From Spirochaetia bacterium (GTDB lineage: Bacteria; Spirochaetota; Spirochaetia; UBA9216), in assembly GCA_963675665.1 (NCBI GenBank), contig OY776510.1:4384001-4448000 (forward strand): 64,000 nucleotides of DNA, in the 5' to 3' direction. Under the pieces are notes generated by a model that saw only the letters and a list, made by a program, of their open reading frames with translations, did not search any database and was not told the origin of the DNA. The first letter of the stretch is position 1; the number at the start of each line of letters is the position of its first letter. Of this stretch, positions 21,940 to 32,231 are shown piece after piece. The position numbers and the translations under genes were made by a program.

Positions 21940-22932
21940 TCATAAATTTTTGATTAAACTCAGAATTCTCATGGCTGCATCTTCATCAGTCACGAGCGAG
22001 TTTATAAATCCGCCCCGCAAAGCGCCCAGGATTACTTCCGCTTTATGAGCTCCGCCGGCGACACATAATCTTTTTGGAATTTTCTTTATGGTCCCTGCGT
22101 CTATTCCTATAAATCTGTTATTGATTTCCGCATCAAAAATATTTCCGTTGATATCTATCTGTTTTCCGCATACATCGCCGACAGCTCCGTTAAACAATAA
22201 TTCCTTTGACTCTTTTTCAGTTAAATAACCGGCCTTGTGATAAGCACTGCTTTCAAAATGGTTAGTTCCAAGGCCAAGCAAAGCAATATCAATGTGTTCA
22301 GCTTTCTGTAAAACCTTTGAAATACCCGGCTCCTTCAGCAACATATCTCTTAGTTGTGCATTCTTGACAATAAGCGGAGCCTGCAAAACAGTTAACTCCG
22401 CATTCATCTTGTCAGCAATTGTGCGTGCCAGTTCATAGCCGTCTGTATTTAAGTTAAGATCTCCAGAACCGCCTACAATCTGCACAACTTCCAGACCTAC
22501 ATGATTATTGGATGAAAACTGGGTTACCGTATGAGAAAGAGTGCTCCCGCGTGCAATTCCTATAACCGAATTGTCCTTGATCATGGAATTAAGAAGGTTG
22601 GCAGCAACCTTACCAATCTGTATTTTTGTCAGCTCCTCATTCATTTCAGACGGAACGACAATTACATTTTCCACATTGAATTTAGTCTTTATCTCTTCCT
22701 GAAACATAATGCCGAGTGAAGAGGTATCATTAATTCTGATTTCAACAATCTTTAAATCACGACAGGCTTTTAAAATTTTTGAGATGTTGGAACGTGATAA
22801 TCCTACTTTTTCCGAAATCTCCTGTTGAGAAAGTTCATCTATAAAATACATCTTGGCAACTTTTATATAAAAGTCACGCTTTGTATAATCCAGATCTCCA
22901 ATATTCACATTTTCCCCTTTTGATAAACTCAT
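21940..22932 (-). CDS. SorC/DeoR-family sugar-binding transcriptional regulator
   Basis: VAKMYFIDELSQQEISEKVGLSRSNISKIL; GAVGDV, GALRGG.I..LVTDE. Confidence 0.88.
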   Translation of the reverse strand: MSLSKGENVNIGDLDYTKRDFYIKVAKMYFIDELSQQEISEKVGLSRSNISKILKACRDLKIVEIRINDTSSLGIMFQEEIKTKFNVENVIVVPSEMNEELTKIQIGKVAANLLNSMIKDNSVIGIARGSTLSHTVTQFSSNNHVGLEVVQIVGGSGDLNLNTDGYELARTIADKMNAELTVLQAPLIVKNAQLRDMLLKEPGISKVLQKAEHIDIALLGLGTNHFESSAYHKAGYLTEKESKELLFNGAVGDVCGKQIDINGNIFDAEINNRFIGIDAGTIKKIPKRLCVAGGAHKAEVILGALRGGFINSLVTDEDAAMRILSLIKNL

Positions 22933-22957
22933 GGTAACATAACCTCCTTAATATGTC

Positions 22958-22994
22958 AAATGTTCCTTTTGTATTTTTTTTGGAACATTTGTTC
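22958..22994 (-). promoter_or_regulatory. Candidate SorC-family operator
   Basis: Inverted repeat AAATGTTCC...GGAACATTT and palindrome GAACATTTGTTC, adjacent to a TTGACA-N17-TACCAT promoter candidate. Confidence 0.45.
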
Positions 22995-23178
22995 TTTAAA
23001 CACACTTTTTATTGTTTCAAGCATACATACCTCACCTATGTATTATAACGAGTATTTGTGATCAGTTTGGAATTAAATTGATTTATTTAAAAAAAGATCT
23101 TTATTCCTGTTTTAATCAGAAGGAGTTGCTATGAATCTGTATAAACCTAACTTAATCTTGTAAATTTAAATCACAGGT

Positions 23179-25656
23179 TCAACCCTGCACAAGCTTATCC
23201 TCTGAGATCCCAAGTAAAGAAGATGTGAGCCACAACCTTCCAAAGGGCTCAAGAACAATTTTAACAGTGCCGTCTTCTTCCGGAACATTTTTTCCGCTGA
23301 AATTATCAAATGTCATCCCTTCACAATTAAAAGATACTGAAACATTATCTTCGGAAAGGTTTACAGCTGTCAGGCTTTGAGCTTCTCCGCAGTGGTTCTT
23401 AATCAACACAACCGGAGGGTCGCCGACATCGTCGGTCGTGCCGGATAATTTAATCAGCTCGGCTTCATTGCCGCGATAATTAAGTGCCGGATCCGAATCA
23501 ACAAGTGCTATAAGGTTATTAATTCCTTTTGCAATTCCTGCTTCAAAACTGTTTTTATATTTTAGATTCGGAAGAAGCTCATCAAGATCCGTTTTTGTGC
23601 GTTTTATATTCCGCAACTCTCCCGTAACCTTTACCCTTTTATGATCGTTAGGTAATGCAAGCAAATCGTTAAAATAGATAGTTTTTACATTTCTGCCCAT
23701 TGCAGCAAACGACAGGGTCTCAAAAGCCAGGAACCGGGCTATCTCCAGTTCCTTGTTATCCATAACCGGAAGTGAATCACGGGTTGTAATACATAACTCA
23801 TACGGCTCACGTCCTTCAAGAAGCCTTGTAAAGAAAAAATCCGCGGCATCTGTAACTGTACCGGCAAATTCTTCAGAGAGGTTTAAAATATCATTAATTG
23901 ATTTTATTTCATTTTTAAGAAGAAGCGAAGCACCATTTCCTTTTGCAGGCTTAAACAGCTTTTTCGCCGCAGATCGGAAATCAGTTCCGGTCTCATGACA
24001 GAAACGTTCAAACTCCTCCTGCATACATTCCCTTGCAGTAATCGATTTGTACTTTACGTGTCCCCCGTTATCCGTAACAGCCTTGGTTAATACCATACGC
24101 TCTTCAAAAGTGAGAAGATCCAGACTGCCGCGTACTGACTTTCCGTCATGACTTTCAGACAGAGAGAACCTGATGCTGTTATGCGGAATATCATATTCTG
24201 CAATTTTCTTGAATATCCGGCCGATTATTTCAGGCTTTTTTGAATGAAATACCGCAGGTAAAAGACTTGCAAGATGAAAATCATGCATCATCGGAGGTGC
24301 ATTCTCACCTGTCGACATCTGGTTAAGAATAGTCGTCAGGCTGTCGTTTACCTCGAGGTTCGGTATAATCCGGGGACTGATGCATTCCATGGAAAGGTAG
24401 ATGATCTTCATGAGCAAGTCCAGCTCAGGCAGCCCGAAACATGAAGTACCCCATTTTTTAAACGCGTAATTGACCGCATCAAGCCTGAGCATATTCAGAT
24501 CTTTTGTGAGATACCATACAAGGTCTCCGGCAAGGGCCTTCAATCCCTCAAATGTTGCCGTATTAACATCAACCTGAACATGGCTGAAGGTTGTCAAGGC
24601 CCTGATTTCTTCTCCGAAAAGCCGGGCATTTGTTTCACGGAATAACGAACCGGCTGCTTCAGCCTGTTTTTTATTGAAACCGCAGCGAATAAACAGGTCT
24701 TCTTCTGTTTTAATTTCAGGAATGAAAATGTATGGAGTATGCTGGACTTCCTGTGTTCTTGAAAGAGTAAAGATGCTTTCGGCACTAACGTTCCGAAGTT
24801 TCAACCATTCAATAAATTCCGGTATATATTGATATTCCTCTTCCAGGAGCATCTGATCATTTTGGATTCGGTTGAACAGCCACAAAATATTGATTAAGGG
24901 TCTTTCCGTTTGTACTCCCCTCATCTTCCTGATTAGTTTTATCATAACATCCGTACGACCGTTATGGGAAAGGCTTCTGTACGGGACCTCTTTTGGAAGC
25001 CTTCTAAAGATTGAAAACAGGGGAAACGGTCGGGGTCTGAAAACCTTATCAAAACTGCCTGCAGCCTTCAGACTTTCGTATTCTTCCATTGAAAAAATAT
25101 AGAATTTTCGTCCGGCTTCATCATGACCTTCAAGATACGACTGGAAAACAGGATTTTCAATATCAACATGCCCCAGAACAAGATCATTCATGGAAAAATA
25201 TCTATGCATTATATCGGCAAACAGGCTGTTTGAGCCAAATGCACTATGTATATTATCCCGCTCAACCTGAGAGAAATAACCATCGTTAAATCGATCTTCA
25301 ACAATCGTACATGCCGGTAGAATATGAAGACCTCCGACTGCAGGAAACCATTGTTTTAAAAAATAATCGAGCGTTTCAAGGCTTTTTTCACCCTTTCTGC
25401 TGATACTGTCTGCATATGCAATTACAGTAACTTTCTGTTCAACCCTTGATAGCGGATCGGATGGATCATATGCAAGATCCATTTTCTTAATTTCTTCGGA
25501 TTTTTCATTCCAGCTTTTTTTAAGTAAGTCGATCCAGAAAACACTTATTCTACTGCCAAGTTCACCATACTCATTATCAGGATAGGCGCTGTGAAACAGC
25601 CGTTCTATCTCGGAAAGTTTGCCCGCGTCAAGCGGGTTCCATTTTTTGGTAATCAT
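23179..25656 (-). CDS. GH13 sucrose/glucosylglycerate phosphorylase-like protein with large insertions
   Basis: GLHILP, DGYFS, VFRPRP.PL, TTFS..QVDVN, LRLDAV (nucleophile), LEV, SHDG. Confidence 0.7.
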   Translation of the reverse strand: MITKKWNPLDAGKLSEIERLFHSAYPDNEYGELGSRISVFWIDLLKKSWNEKSEEIKKMDLAYDPSDPLSRVEQKVTVIAYADSISRKGEKSLETLDYFLKQWFPAVGGLHILPACTIVEDRFNDGYFSQVERDNIHSAFGSNSLFADIMHRYFSMNDLVLGHVDIENPVFQSYLEGHDEAGRKFYIFSMEEYESLKAAGSFDKVFRPRPFPLFSIFRRLPKEVPYRSLSHNGRTDVMIKLIRKMRGVQTERPLINILWLFNRIQNDQMLLEEEYQYIPEFIEWLKLRNVSAESIFTLSRTQEVQHTPYIFIPEIKTEEDLFIRCGFNKKQAEAAGSLFRETNARLFGEEIRALTTFSHVQVDVNTATFEGLKALAGDLVWYLTKDLNMLRLDAVNYAFKKWGTSCFGLPELDLLMKIIYLSMECISPRIIPNLEVNDSLTTILNQMSTGENAPPMMHDFHLASLLPAVFHSKKPEIIGRIFKKIAEYDIPHNSIRFSLSESHDGKSVRGSLDLLTFEERMVLTKAVTDNGGHVKYKSITARECMQEEFERFCHETGTDFRSAAKKLFKPAKGNGASLLLKNEIKSINDILNLSEEFAGTVTDAADFFFTRLLEGREPYELCITTRDSLPVMDNKELEIARFLAFETLSFAAMGRNVKTIYFNDLLALPNDHKRVKVTGELRNIKRTKTDLDELLPNLKYKNSFEAGIAKGINNLIALVDSDPALNYRGNEAELIKLSGTTDDVGDPPVVLIKNHCGEAQSLTAVNLSEDNVSVSFNCEGMTFDNFSGKNVPEEDGTVKIVLEPFGRLWLTSSLLGISEDKLVQG

Positions 25657-25776
25657 AATTAATATTGTAAGAAGTCAACTGTCAGGTGTCAAATAATAAA
25701 TTAAAAAACCGGAGAGACATGTATTATAAGAAATAACAAAAACAGTTCCTGTTAAAGATTAATTTCCTTATATAAA

Positions 25777-26820
25777 TCAATCTATTGCACCAAATACATT
25801 TTTCATTATGTAAAGCATAATAAAGCAAATGAGCGCGGAAATTATCGGTGTAGCAATCCACCCGACAACAATCCGGCCAATGGCACTGAATCTGATATTT
25901 CGACCGCCCCGGGCAAGACCAATGCCTATTACTGCTCCAACTACAGCCTGCGAACTTGAAACAGGCACAAGAGGGATCGGCGGTAAATGAATTGAAATCA
26001 GAAAATCGCGCAGGCTTGATGAAGCAAAAATAAAAAGGACAAGCGAACTGGCCAGAACGACTATAAAGGCAGTTACCGGCGAGAGCTGATAAATCCCTGA
26101 ACCTACTGTTTTCATCACTTTTGCCGAATATGTAAAAACACCCAGTGAAATTGCTATTGCACCGAGAAAAAACAGTTGCTGGGCTTTTGTCAGATAAAAT
26201 AATCCGAATACATCCAAATTACTGAACGGGACAGATTCAACAAATACTCCCATAACATTGGCTATATTATTTGCACCAAGACTGTATGAACCGAAAGCGC
26301 CTGCAATAATTAAGCCCCAACGGGTATATACATCCCGTCGGTAGATGTGTATTGAGGTTCTTTCCAGAAATCCCTTTACAATAAAATATAGAACAACTGA
26401 AAAAATACAGGATAAAACCGGGCATAAAACCCAGGTCATTGCAATCTTCTGTATTACCGCAGGATCCGTAGAATTCCCTGTAAAAAAGTTCCATCCGATA
26501 ATACCGCCGACAATTGCCTGCGAAGTTGAAACCGGAAGCCCGGCCTTTGTCATAATAAAGACCGAAACAGCGGCAGACAATGCAACGGTGAAAGCGCCGC
26601 CCAGACTGCTTATTATACCCAGTTTACCAAGAGTGTGACTAGCTCCGGCACCGCTGGAAACAGCGCCGATGACCACAAAAATGCTGCAAATAATTGCCGC
26701 AGTTTTAAATCGAATCATCTTTGAGCCGACGGCCGTTCCGAAAACATTTGCAGCATCATTTGCGCCTAAAGACCAACCGAGAAACAATCCGCTTGATAAA
26801 TAAAAAAGTATCGTTGCCAA
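25777..26820 (-). CDS. PiT-family inorganic phosphate transporter
   Basis: GANDAANVFGTAVG, LPVSTSQ, GANNIAN, PVSSSQ. Confidence 0.9.
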   Translation of the reverse strand: MATILFYLSSGLFLGWSLGANDAANVFGTAVGSKMIRFKTAAIICSIFVVIGAVSSGAGASHTLGKLGIISSLGGAFTVALSAAVSVFIMTKAGLPVSTSQAIVGGIIGWNFFTGNSTDPAVIQKIAMTWVLCPVLSCIFSVVLYFIVKGFLERTSIHIYRRDVYTRWGLIIAGAFGSYSLGANNIANVMGVFVESVPFSNLDVFGLFYLTKAQQLFFLGAIAISLGVFTYSAKVMKTVGSGIYQLSPVTAFIVVLASSLVLFIFASSSLRDFLISIHLPPIPLVPVSSSQAVVGAVIGIGLARGGRNIRFSAIGRIVVGWIATPIISALICFIMLYIMKNVFGAID

Positions 26821-26829
26821 CTGCCGTTC

Positions 26830-27474
26830 CTATATAATTCTTTTAACAGTCGAAATTGAAAGACTTTCACATACACTTTCCGCATAATCGGAAATATCTG
26901 CTGTCTGTTCAATAAAATATCTTAGCTGCAATTTTACGGAAAGATCGTTTATCAATCCTCCGTTAAATATTTTTCTTTTTATTGATTCCTCATAATCATC
27001 TATCTGGCTTTCATAAAACTTTACTTCCTGAATATATGACGATGTTTTTTCAGTATTGGTAAAATATGCCGATATTGCCTGAACCAGCTTTTCAATACAG
27101 CGGCAGCTCAATTCAGCTACCTTCAACATGTCGGGAATAACTACCTCGGGAAAATCAGGTCTTTCAATATCGTATTCAAGTATAACCTTTTCAATACTGT
27201 CGGCTACATCATCAAGAGACTCAAGTAATCTGAAAACATCCCCCCTCGATTCGGGTATCAGCATATCTGTGTAAAGACTTAACTCAATTTCCTTTCGGAT
27301 ATGATCAACTTCCGTTTCAAGTTTATCACTTACCTTAACGTGATGTCTGAACCTGTCCATATCTCCGTCAAAATATGCAACAGCAGCTTCTTTTAGGACC
27401 AATCCCATTTCAAGAATATTATTAAGAATTTTTTTTGTTTCATTTTCAAGCTTTTTGGTTTTCTGCATAAACAT
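26830..27474 (-). CDS. DUF47 (PhoU-like) phosphate transport regulator
   Basis: LETEVD.IR..IE..LY, PESRGD, LDDVAD; adjacent to PiT. Confidence 0.82.
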   Translation of the reverse strand: MFMQKTKKLENETKKILNNILEMGLVLKEAAVAYFDGDMDRFRHHVKVSDKLETEVDHIRKEIELSLYTDMLIPESRGDVFRLLESLDDVADSIEKVILEYDIERPDFPEVVIPDMLKVAELSCRCIEKLVQAISAYFTNTEKTSSYIQEVKFYESQIDDYEESIKRKIFNGGLINDLSVKLQLRYFIEQTADISDYAESVCESLSISTVKRII

Positions 27475-27522
27475 GACTTAATCCCCTTTCTTGTATTATA
27501 TATCAATAATTTAGGTAGCGGT

Positions 27523-28326
27523 TTAAATTAATATATTATGCTTTTCAATTCTGTTATGCCTGTTGAACATCATTTTAATTAAAAATATTTTTTTATACTC
27601 AATTTTTCTTGCCCCTGTTTTGCAATTTTTCACACATGCAAAACATCGTATGCATTTCCCTGAATCCATACTCAGATCATCATTTATTGCATTTACAGGG
27701 CATTTTTCTATGCATAACCGGCAATTATTACATAATTGTGAGTTTATACGGGGTTCTTTTGTAAAATGCCCGGCACTATTCTCCGGTAGGATTTTTGCCA
27801 TCAAAGGAAGTTTCCCGGGCACCTGTTCAAATGGTACAGACGGGGTTTCAGACGCTGCCCTGGATAAAAACATTTCACCAAGTTTAACCGCATCTTCCAA
27901 ATCCTGCTTATTCGGCCGGCCTTGTGCCAGAGGAATCCTTTCCGTTGAGAAGGAATGTTCAGCAATCAGAGCACCAAGCGAAATTACCTTAAGCCCTTTC
28001 TCAACCATATTAAGATACATCTGTTTAAGACTTAACCCAAACCCGATTTTTCCGTACACGGCAAAGGCCAGAACCGGCTGTCCGCTGAAATCCAACTTGT
28101 TTAATGATTCTATAAAAATATCAGGGGCGTATTCCTCGTATACAGGAAATCCGATAATAACAATATCGCTGTCAATTTTTTCATACAGAGTTTCCCTGCT
28201 GTCAGGTGCGGTAAAATTAATCTCATTTACTGATTTCAGGTTCATCGCCTCTGATACAGTACGGGCATATTTTTTTGTTGAACCTGTCGGGGAAAAATAA
28301 ATAACGGTTCCGGTATCAACTTTCAA
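27523..28326 (-). CDS. EFR1-family flavodoxin-ferredoxin fusion
   Basis: YFSPTGST, GFPVY; C-terminal CNNCRLCIEKCP and CIRCFACVKNC. Confidence 0.82.
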   Translation of the reverse strand: MKVDTGTVIYFSPTGSTKKYARTVSEAMNLKSVNEINFTAPDSRETLYEKIDSDIVIIGFPVYEEYAPDIFIESLNKLDFSGQPVLAFAVYGKIGFGLSLKQMYLNMVEKGLKVISLGALIAEHSFSTERIPLAQGRPNKQDLEDAVKLGEMFLSRAASETPSVPFEQVPGKLPLMAKILPENSAGHFTKEPRINSQLCNNCRLCIEKCPVNAINDDLSMDSGKCIRCFACVKNCKTGARKIEYKKIFLIKMMFNRHNRIEKHNILI

Positions 28327-28359
28327 GATTCTGTTCCTTTAATTTTCAAATCACCGAAT

Positions 28360-29409
28360 TTATTTCAATCTGACATAGGGAGTGTCTGTCTTATGTTCAG
28401 ATATTCTGCCGATAATGGCAGCTGATAAATAATATTTTTTAAGCCGGCCAAGTATGTCAGGCACAGCATCTTCCGGGACGCACATAAGCAGCCCCCCTGA
28501 GGTCTGTGCATCGGCAGCAATCATTTTCAGGTTGTAGTCAAGATCTGTGCCAAATTCAGCATAACTTTCAACATAGGACAGGTTCCGAAACGACGCTCCC
28601 GGGATACAACCGTAATCAATCAAATCATAAACCCCGGGCAGGACAGGAATACTTTGGCTGTCAATTTCAAGACAGACATTGCTTTCCCGAGCCAATTTCA
28701 TTCCGTGTCCGAGCAGAGAAAACCCGGTAATGTCGGTTGCACACCGCAGGTTATATTCCTGCATAAGTTCTGCAGCATAGCGATTCAGCTGTTTCATCGA
28801 ATCTATAGCTGCACGATAATCTTCATCATTTGCTTCGCCTATTCGTCTGCCTGCAGACAACACACCGGTACCGAGGGCTTTGGTAAGTATCAGGAACTCT
28901 CCCGGTTCAGCAGCCGCATTAGTAATTATCCGGTCGGGATGGACAAGGCCGGTTACGGCCAATCCGTATTTCGGCGGAAAATCGTCTATTGTATGTCCCC
29001 CGCCCAGAACGGCACCGGCTTCGATGCATTTTTCAGCTCCTCCCCTCAGCATTTCATGCAGTACTTCCATTGGAATCCTTTGGTCGGCCGGAAAAAGTAC
29101 AAGATTAAGCGCACTTACAGCCTTGCCGCCCATTGCATAGATATCGCTCAACGCATTAGCAGCCGCTATCTGTCCGAATTCATAAGCGTCCGAGCAGACG
29201 GGAGGGAAAAAATCAGTTGTTGATATAAGCGCTGTTTCCTCATTCAGCTTCCAGACCATTGCATCGTCATGTGTATCGTTTCCAACCAGGAGGTGTTCAT
29301 CTTCAAGGATTGGAATATCAGAAAGAAGTTTTTCCAGTTTATCTGCCGGAAGCTTGGCGGAACAACCGCCGTACTCAACCGTTGTCATAAGATCAAATTT
29401 TTCACTCAT
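28360..29409 (-). CDS. selD: Selenide, water dikinase (Cys-type)
   Basis: GGCSAK, DDA, TTDFFPP, AAANALSDIYAMGG, GGHT, TDITGF.LLGH, DAQTSGGLL. Confidence 0.92.
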   Translation of the reverse strand: MSEKFDLMTTVEYGGCSAKLPADKLEKLLSDIPILEDEHLLVGNDTHDDAMVWKLNEETALISTTDFFPPVCSDAYEFGQIAAANALSDIYAMGGKAVSALNLVLFPADQRIPMEVLHEMLRGGAEKCIEAGAVLGGGHTIDDFPPKYGLAVTGLVHPDRIITNAAAEPGEFLILTKALGTGVLSAGRRIGEANDEDYRAAIDSMKQLNRYAAELMQEYNLRCATDITGFSLLGHGMKLARESNVCLEIDSQSIPVLPGVYDLIDYGCIPGASFRNLSYVESYAEFGTDLDYNLKMIAADAQTSGGLLMCVPEDAVPDILGRLKKYYLSAAIIGRISEHKTDTPYVRLK

Positions 29410-29433
29410 TCAGACCTCTCCTCCTGCTTATTT

Positions 29434-29658
29434 TTATAGTATTACTTCCGTCCGATCAAAAATACTGGTCTTTATACCCGATTCGGCAATTATCATCTTA
29501 ACATGTAATTCATCTTTATCATTTATCTGAAGCGCCATTCCGCATAATGGCGATACCGATCGAGGCACAGGTATCACGGTACACTTAATTCCTGCATTGC
29601 GAACAGTTTTTTCAGCCGTAATCACCGACCGTGTTGATTCAAAAATAAAAACCTTCAA
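29434..29658 (-). CDS. DUF3343 domain protein
   Basis: F.ST..VI.AE, IPVPRSVSPLCGMAL; typical of selD clusters. Confidence 0.78.
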   Translation of the reverse strand: MKVFIFESTRSVITAEKTVRNAGIKCTVIPVPRSVSPLCGMALQINDKDELHVKMIIAESGIKTSIFDRTEVIL

Positions 29659-29672
29659 TTGCAGTTCCCTGA

Positions 29673-30827
29673 TTATATTTTGAATTTATCAACAGTGCCT
29701 TCAATAGCTTCAATCAGGCGATTAAAATCATCCATCGAATGGTAAACTGATGGTGCTATTCTGACGGTCCCTTCCGGAAATGTTCCTATCGTTTGATGAG
29801 CCAGGGGAGCACAATGAAGTCCTATTCTGGTTTCCATTCCAAAACCACTGTAAAGCACCATTCCGAAATCGGAAACGGTTACTGCATCATTGAGAACAGA
29901 CGTATCCATTGATATTGAAAAGACTTCTCCCTGTGATTTTCGATCTGCTGCTGAATGAACAAGGATACCTGAGACTGAAGAAACGGCATCAACTAATTTC
30001 AGAAAATCATCGCTGCTGTGTCGAGGTTCCGGTTTTTCACTGAGAGCACCATACAATCCGAAAATACCGGCTATGTTTGGGGTTCCTGCTTCAAAACGAT
30101 CCGGAAGAAATGCCGGAGTTTCCCAACTGTCTGATCGGCTGCCGGTTCCTCCGTTGATCAACGGTATAAGCACATCAGGGTTTTTCATATATAAACCGCC
30201 GGTACCTGTCGGCCCCAACAAACCTTTATGACCGGTAAAGGCTACATAATCCAGATCCCATTTTTCAGCTTCAACTTCAATATGACCTGCAGATTGGGAG
30301 GCATCAAGCAGAATTGGGATATTGCCTGAAGCCTTTTTAATTTCAGCGGCAGGCTGAATCAGTCCGGTAACATTGCTCTGATGGCAGAGGACGATAAGCC
30401 CGGCATTACCGAAATCCATCTTCTTGACACTTTCGACATCGACAAGCCCTCCCGCTAAAGCGGGAAGTTGTTTAATCCTTATACGACCGGTATCTTCAAG
30501 ATATTTCAGCGGCCGTGTAACCGCGTTATGTTCCATTGGGGAAATCCAGACATCCTTATCGTCGAGATTCAAACCCTTAATTACAGTATTTATAGCCTGT
30601 GTGGCATTTGAAGTAAAAACCAATCTGTCTGCATCACTTGCTCCAATTCTATCTGATAGTTTTTCACGACAGGTCTCAACTGTTCTTGATACATCAAGCG
30701 CTCTGTCATAAAAACTTCTTCCGTATGGACCTCCAACCTCATTAAGATAACGAAGGATTTCCCGTCCTACCGCTTTTGGTTTCGGAAAGGAGGTTGCTGC
30801 ATTATCGAAATAATTTAACAGTTCCAT
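29673..30827 (-). CDS. Cysteine desulfurase/selenocysteine lyase family (class V PLP)
   Basis: YFDNAATSFPKP, MEHNAV, DASQSAG, TGHKGLLGP, RIGLHCAP. Start moved to ATG 30827 because the longer ORF overlaps yedF. Confidence 0.88.
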   Translation of the reverse strand: MELLNYFDNAATSFPKPKAVGREILRYLNEVGGPYGRSFYDRALDVSRTVETCREKLSDRIGASDADRLVFTSNATQAINTVIKGLNLDDKDVWISPMEHNAVTRPLKYLEDTGRIRIKQLPALAGGLVDVESVKKMDFGNAGLIVLCHQSNVTGLIQPAAEIKKASGNIPILLDASQSAGHIEVEAEKWDLDYVAFTGHKGLLGPTGTGGLYMKNPDVLIPLINGGTGSRSDSWETPAFLPDRFEAGTPNIAGIFGLYGALSEKPEPRHSSDDFLKLVDAVSSVSGILVHSAADRKSQGEVFSISMDTSVLNDAVTVSDFGMVLYSGFGMETRIGLHCAPLAHQTIGTFPEGTVRIAPSVYHSMDDFNRLIEAIEGTVDKFKI

Positions 30828-30846
30828 CTGTCCATCTGGTTTCCGG

Positions 30847-31473
30847 TTATGGAGAAATAATATGACGGGCTGTTGAAAGACATTCAAGAATATCATACAT
30901 ATTGGAAATCTTCCCGACTGCAATTTTATCTTTAATATTGAAGAAATCAGCACATGTTCCGCAAACAAGAACCCGGATTCCCTGTTTCTCAAGTTCTTTC
31001 AAAGCAGAAATGACAGGAGAATCAGCAAGAGCAAGTTTTACTCCGCTGTTGTAAAAAACCAGAGATCCCGGCAACGGGTCAGTTTCCTTAATTGTATTGC
31101 AAAATCCCTGGATAAGTATTTTACCAAGTTCCTCATCTCCGCTCCCCATTTTATCACATTTAAATGCAATTACATGTTGGAGCCCGACACTTGAATTGGA
31201 ATTTACTGTAACAGGAACTGTACAATAATTTTCTGCGGCAGTTGATACCGCCGGGTTGCCGTCTGAATTCAGGGAAATGTAATAAACACCATCCTCTTTT
31301 TTAGTTTCAAATGCTTTACCGTTGTCCGAAAGAAAGCTCTGCACGTTTTGAAACGCTGTTTCATTGTCCAAAAGCACCGTCAACTCACCGACAAACCCTT
31401 TAAGGGCTTTTTTTGTCATTATAATTGGTTTGGGGCACAACTCACCCCTGGCATCAACTATTTGTTTTTTCAT
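30847..31473 (-). CDS. yedF: Selenium metabolism protein YedF (TusA + DsrE-like domains)
   Basis: VDARGELCPKPII, MGSGDEELGKILI, FYNSGVKL, VCGTC. Confidence 0.85.
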   Translation of the reverse strand: MKKQIVDARGELCPKPIIMTKKALKGFVGELTVLLDNETAFQNVQSFLSDNGKAFETKKEDGVYYISLNSDGNPAVSTAAENYCTVPVTVNSNSSVGLQHVIAFKCDKMGSGDEELGKILIQGFCNTIKETDPLPGSLVFYNSGVKLALADSPVISALKELEKQGIRVLVCGTCADFFNIKDKIAVGKISNMYDILECLSTARHIISP

Positions 31474-31777
31474 AATGACACGAGTATATCATTACACTAT
31501 TCCGCTGGCAATACGAAAAAAAGTCTTGTTATAAGTACTTTTCTCTCTTCATATTATATCATAGAAATTTCCAATACTATTAACTGACATTTTTATAATT
31601 TCAAATTTTTAAATGTCGATATTAATAAAATTCCAATAATTCCTAGTAAATTCAGATTGTTTACAAATAATAATATTTTAACAATATAAATGAATCTAAT
31701 TTTTCTTATCAGAAACGTTTCTAAAATAATACAAATGATTTGAGATAATAATACATTTCTTAAATTTTCCATTTTTC

Positions 31778-31975
31778 TTATTCTTCATATTTAAAAATAT
31801 CATCTATTCTCTTATCAAATAATTTTGCGACTTTGAATCCCATCTCTAATGAAGGAATATATCTATTTTTTTCTAAAGAAATTATAGTTTGCCGTGTTAC
31901 ACCTAATTTTTTTGCCAATTCCTCTTGTGTATAATGATTTATTACTCTTAATTCGTATATCTTATTTTTAATCAT
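31778..31975 (-). CDS. XRE-family HTH transcriptional regulator
   Basis: NKIYELR...TQEELAKKLGVTRQTIISLEKNRYIPSL. Confidence 0.88.
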   Translation of the reverse strand: MIKNKIYELRVINHYTQEELAKKLGVTRQTIISLEKNRYIPSLEMGFKVAKLFDKRIDDIFKYEE

Positions 31976-32231
31976 ATTAATTATTTCTGTTAATCATAAA
32001 ATACGATATTGTAAATATTAATGTTTCAAAGATACTTGCAAAAATTAATACTATTCCGATAATCCTTACTATATCTGCTTCAGTTGGCACAACTGTTAGA
32101 ATAGTCCCTACAACTAGTAAAATTGAATAAGTATATCGATAAGTAATATGAGCAGCTTTTTCTGCATTTTTAACAATTCTCTCATCAGTAACTATCAATT
32201 CTTTCTTTTTTATTCTTCTATTATTAATTAT

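Noticed and set aside
15054-22932. Calling the sugar operon an AI-2 lsr system
   Set aside because: It has only one permease, no LsrG and extra dehydrogenases; the similarity is at family level only
27563-28300. 245-aa plus-strand ORF
   Set aside because: Fully antisense to the EFR1-family gene and has no recognisable motifs
29330-29409. Selenocysteine in SelD
   Set aside because: The active-site codon is TGT (Cys); there is no in-frame TGA
30828-30992. N-terminal extension of the desulfurase ORF (similar extensions at 39425, 44392, 53091, 63899)
   Set aside because: The extensions overlap upstream genes, promoters or attC; family-typical starts lie downstream
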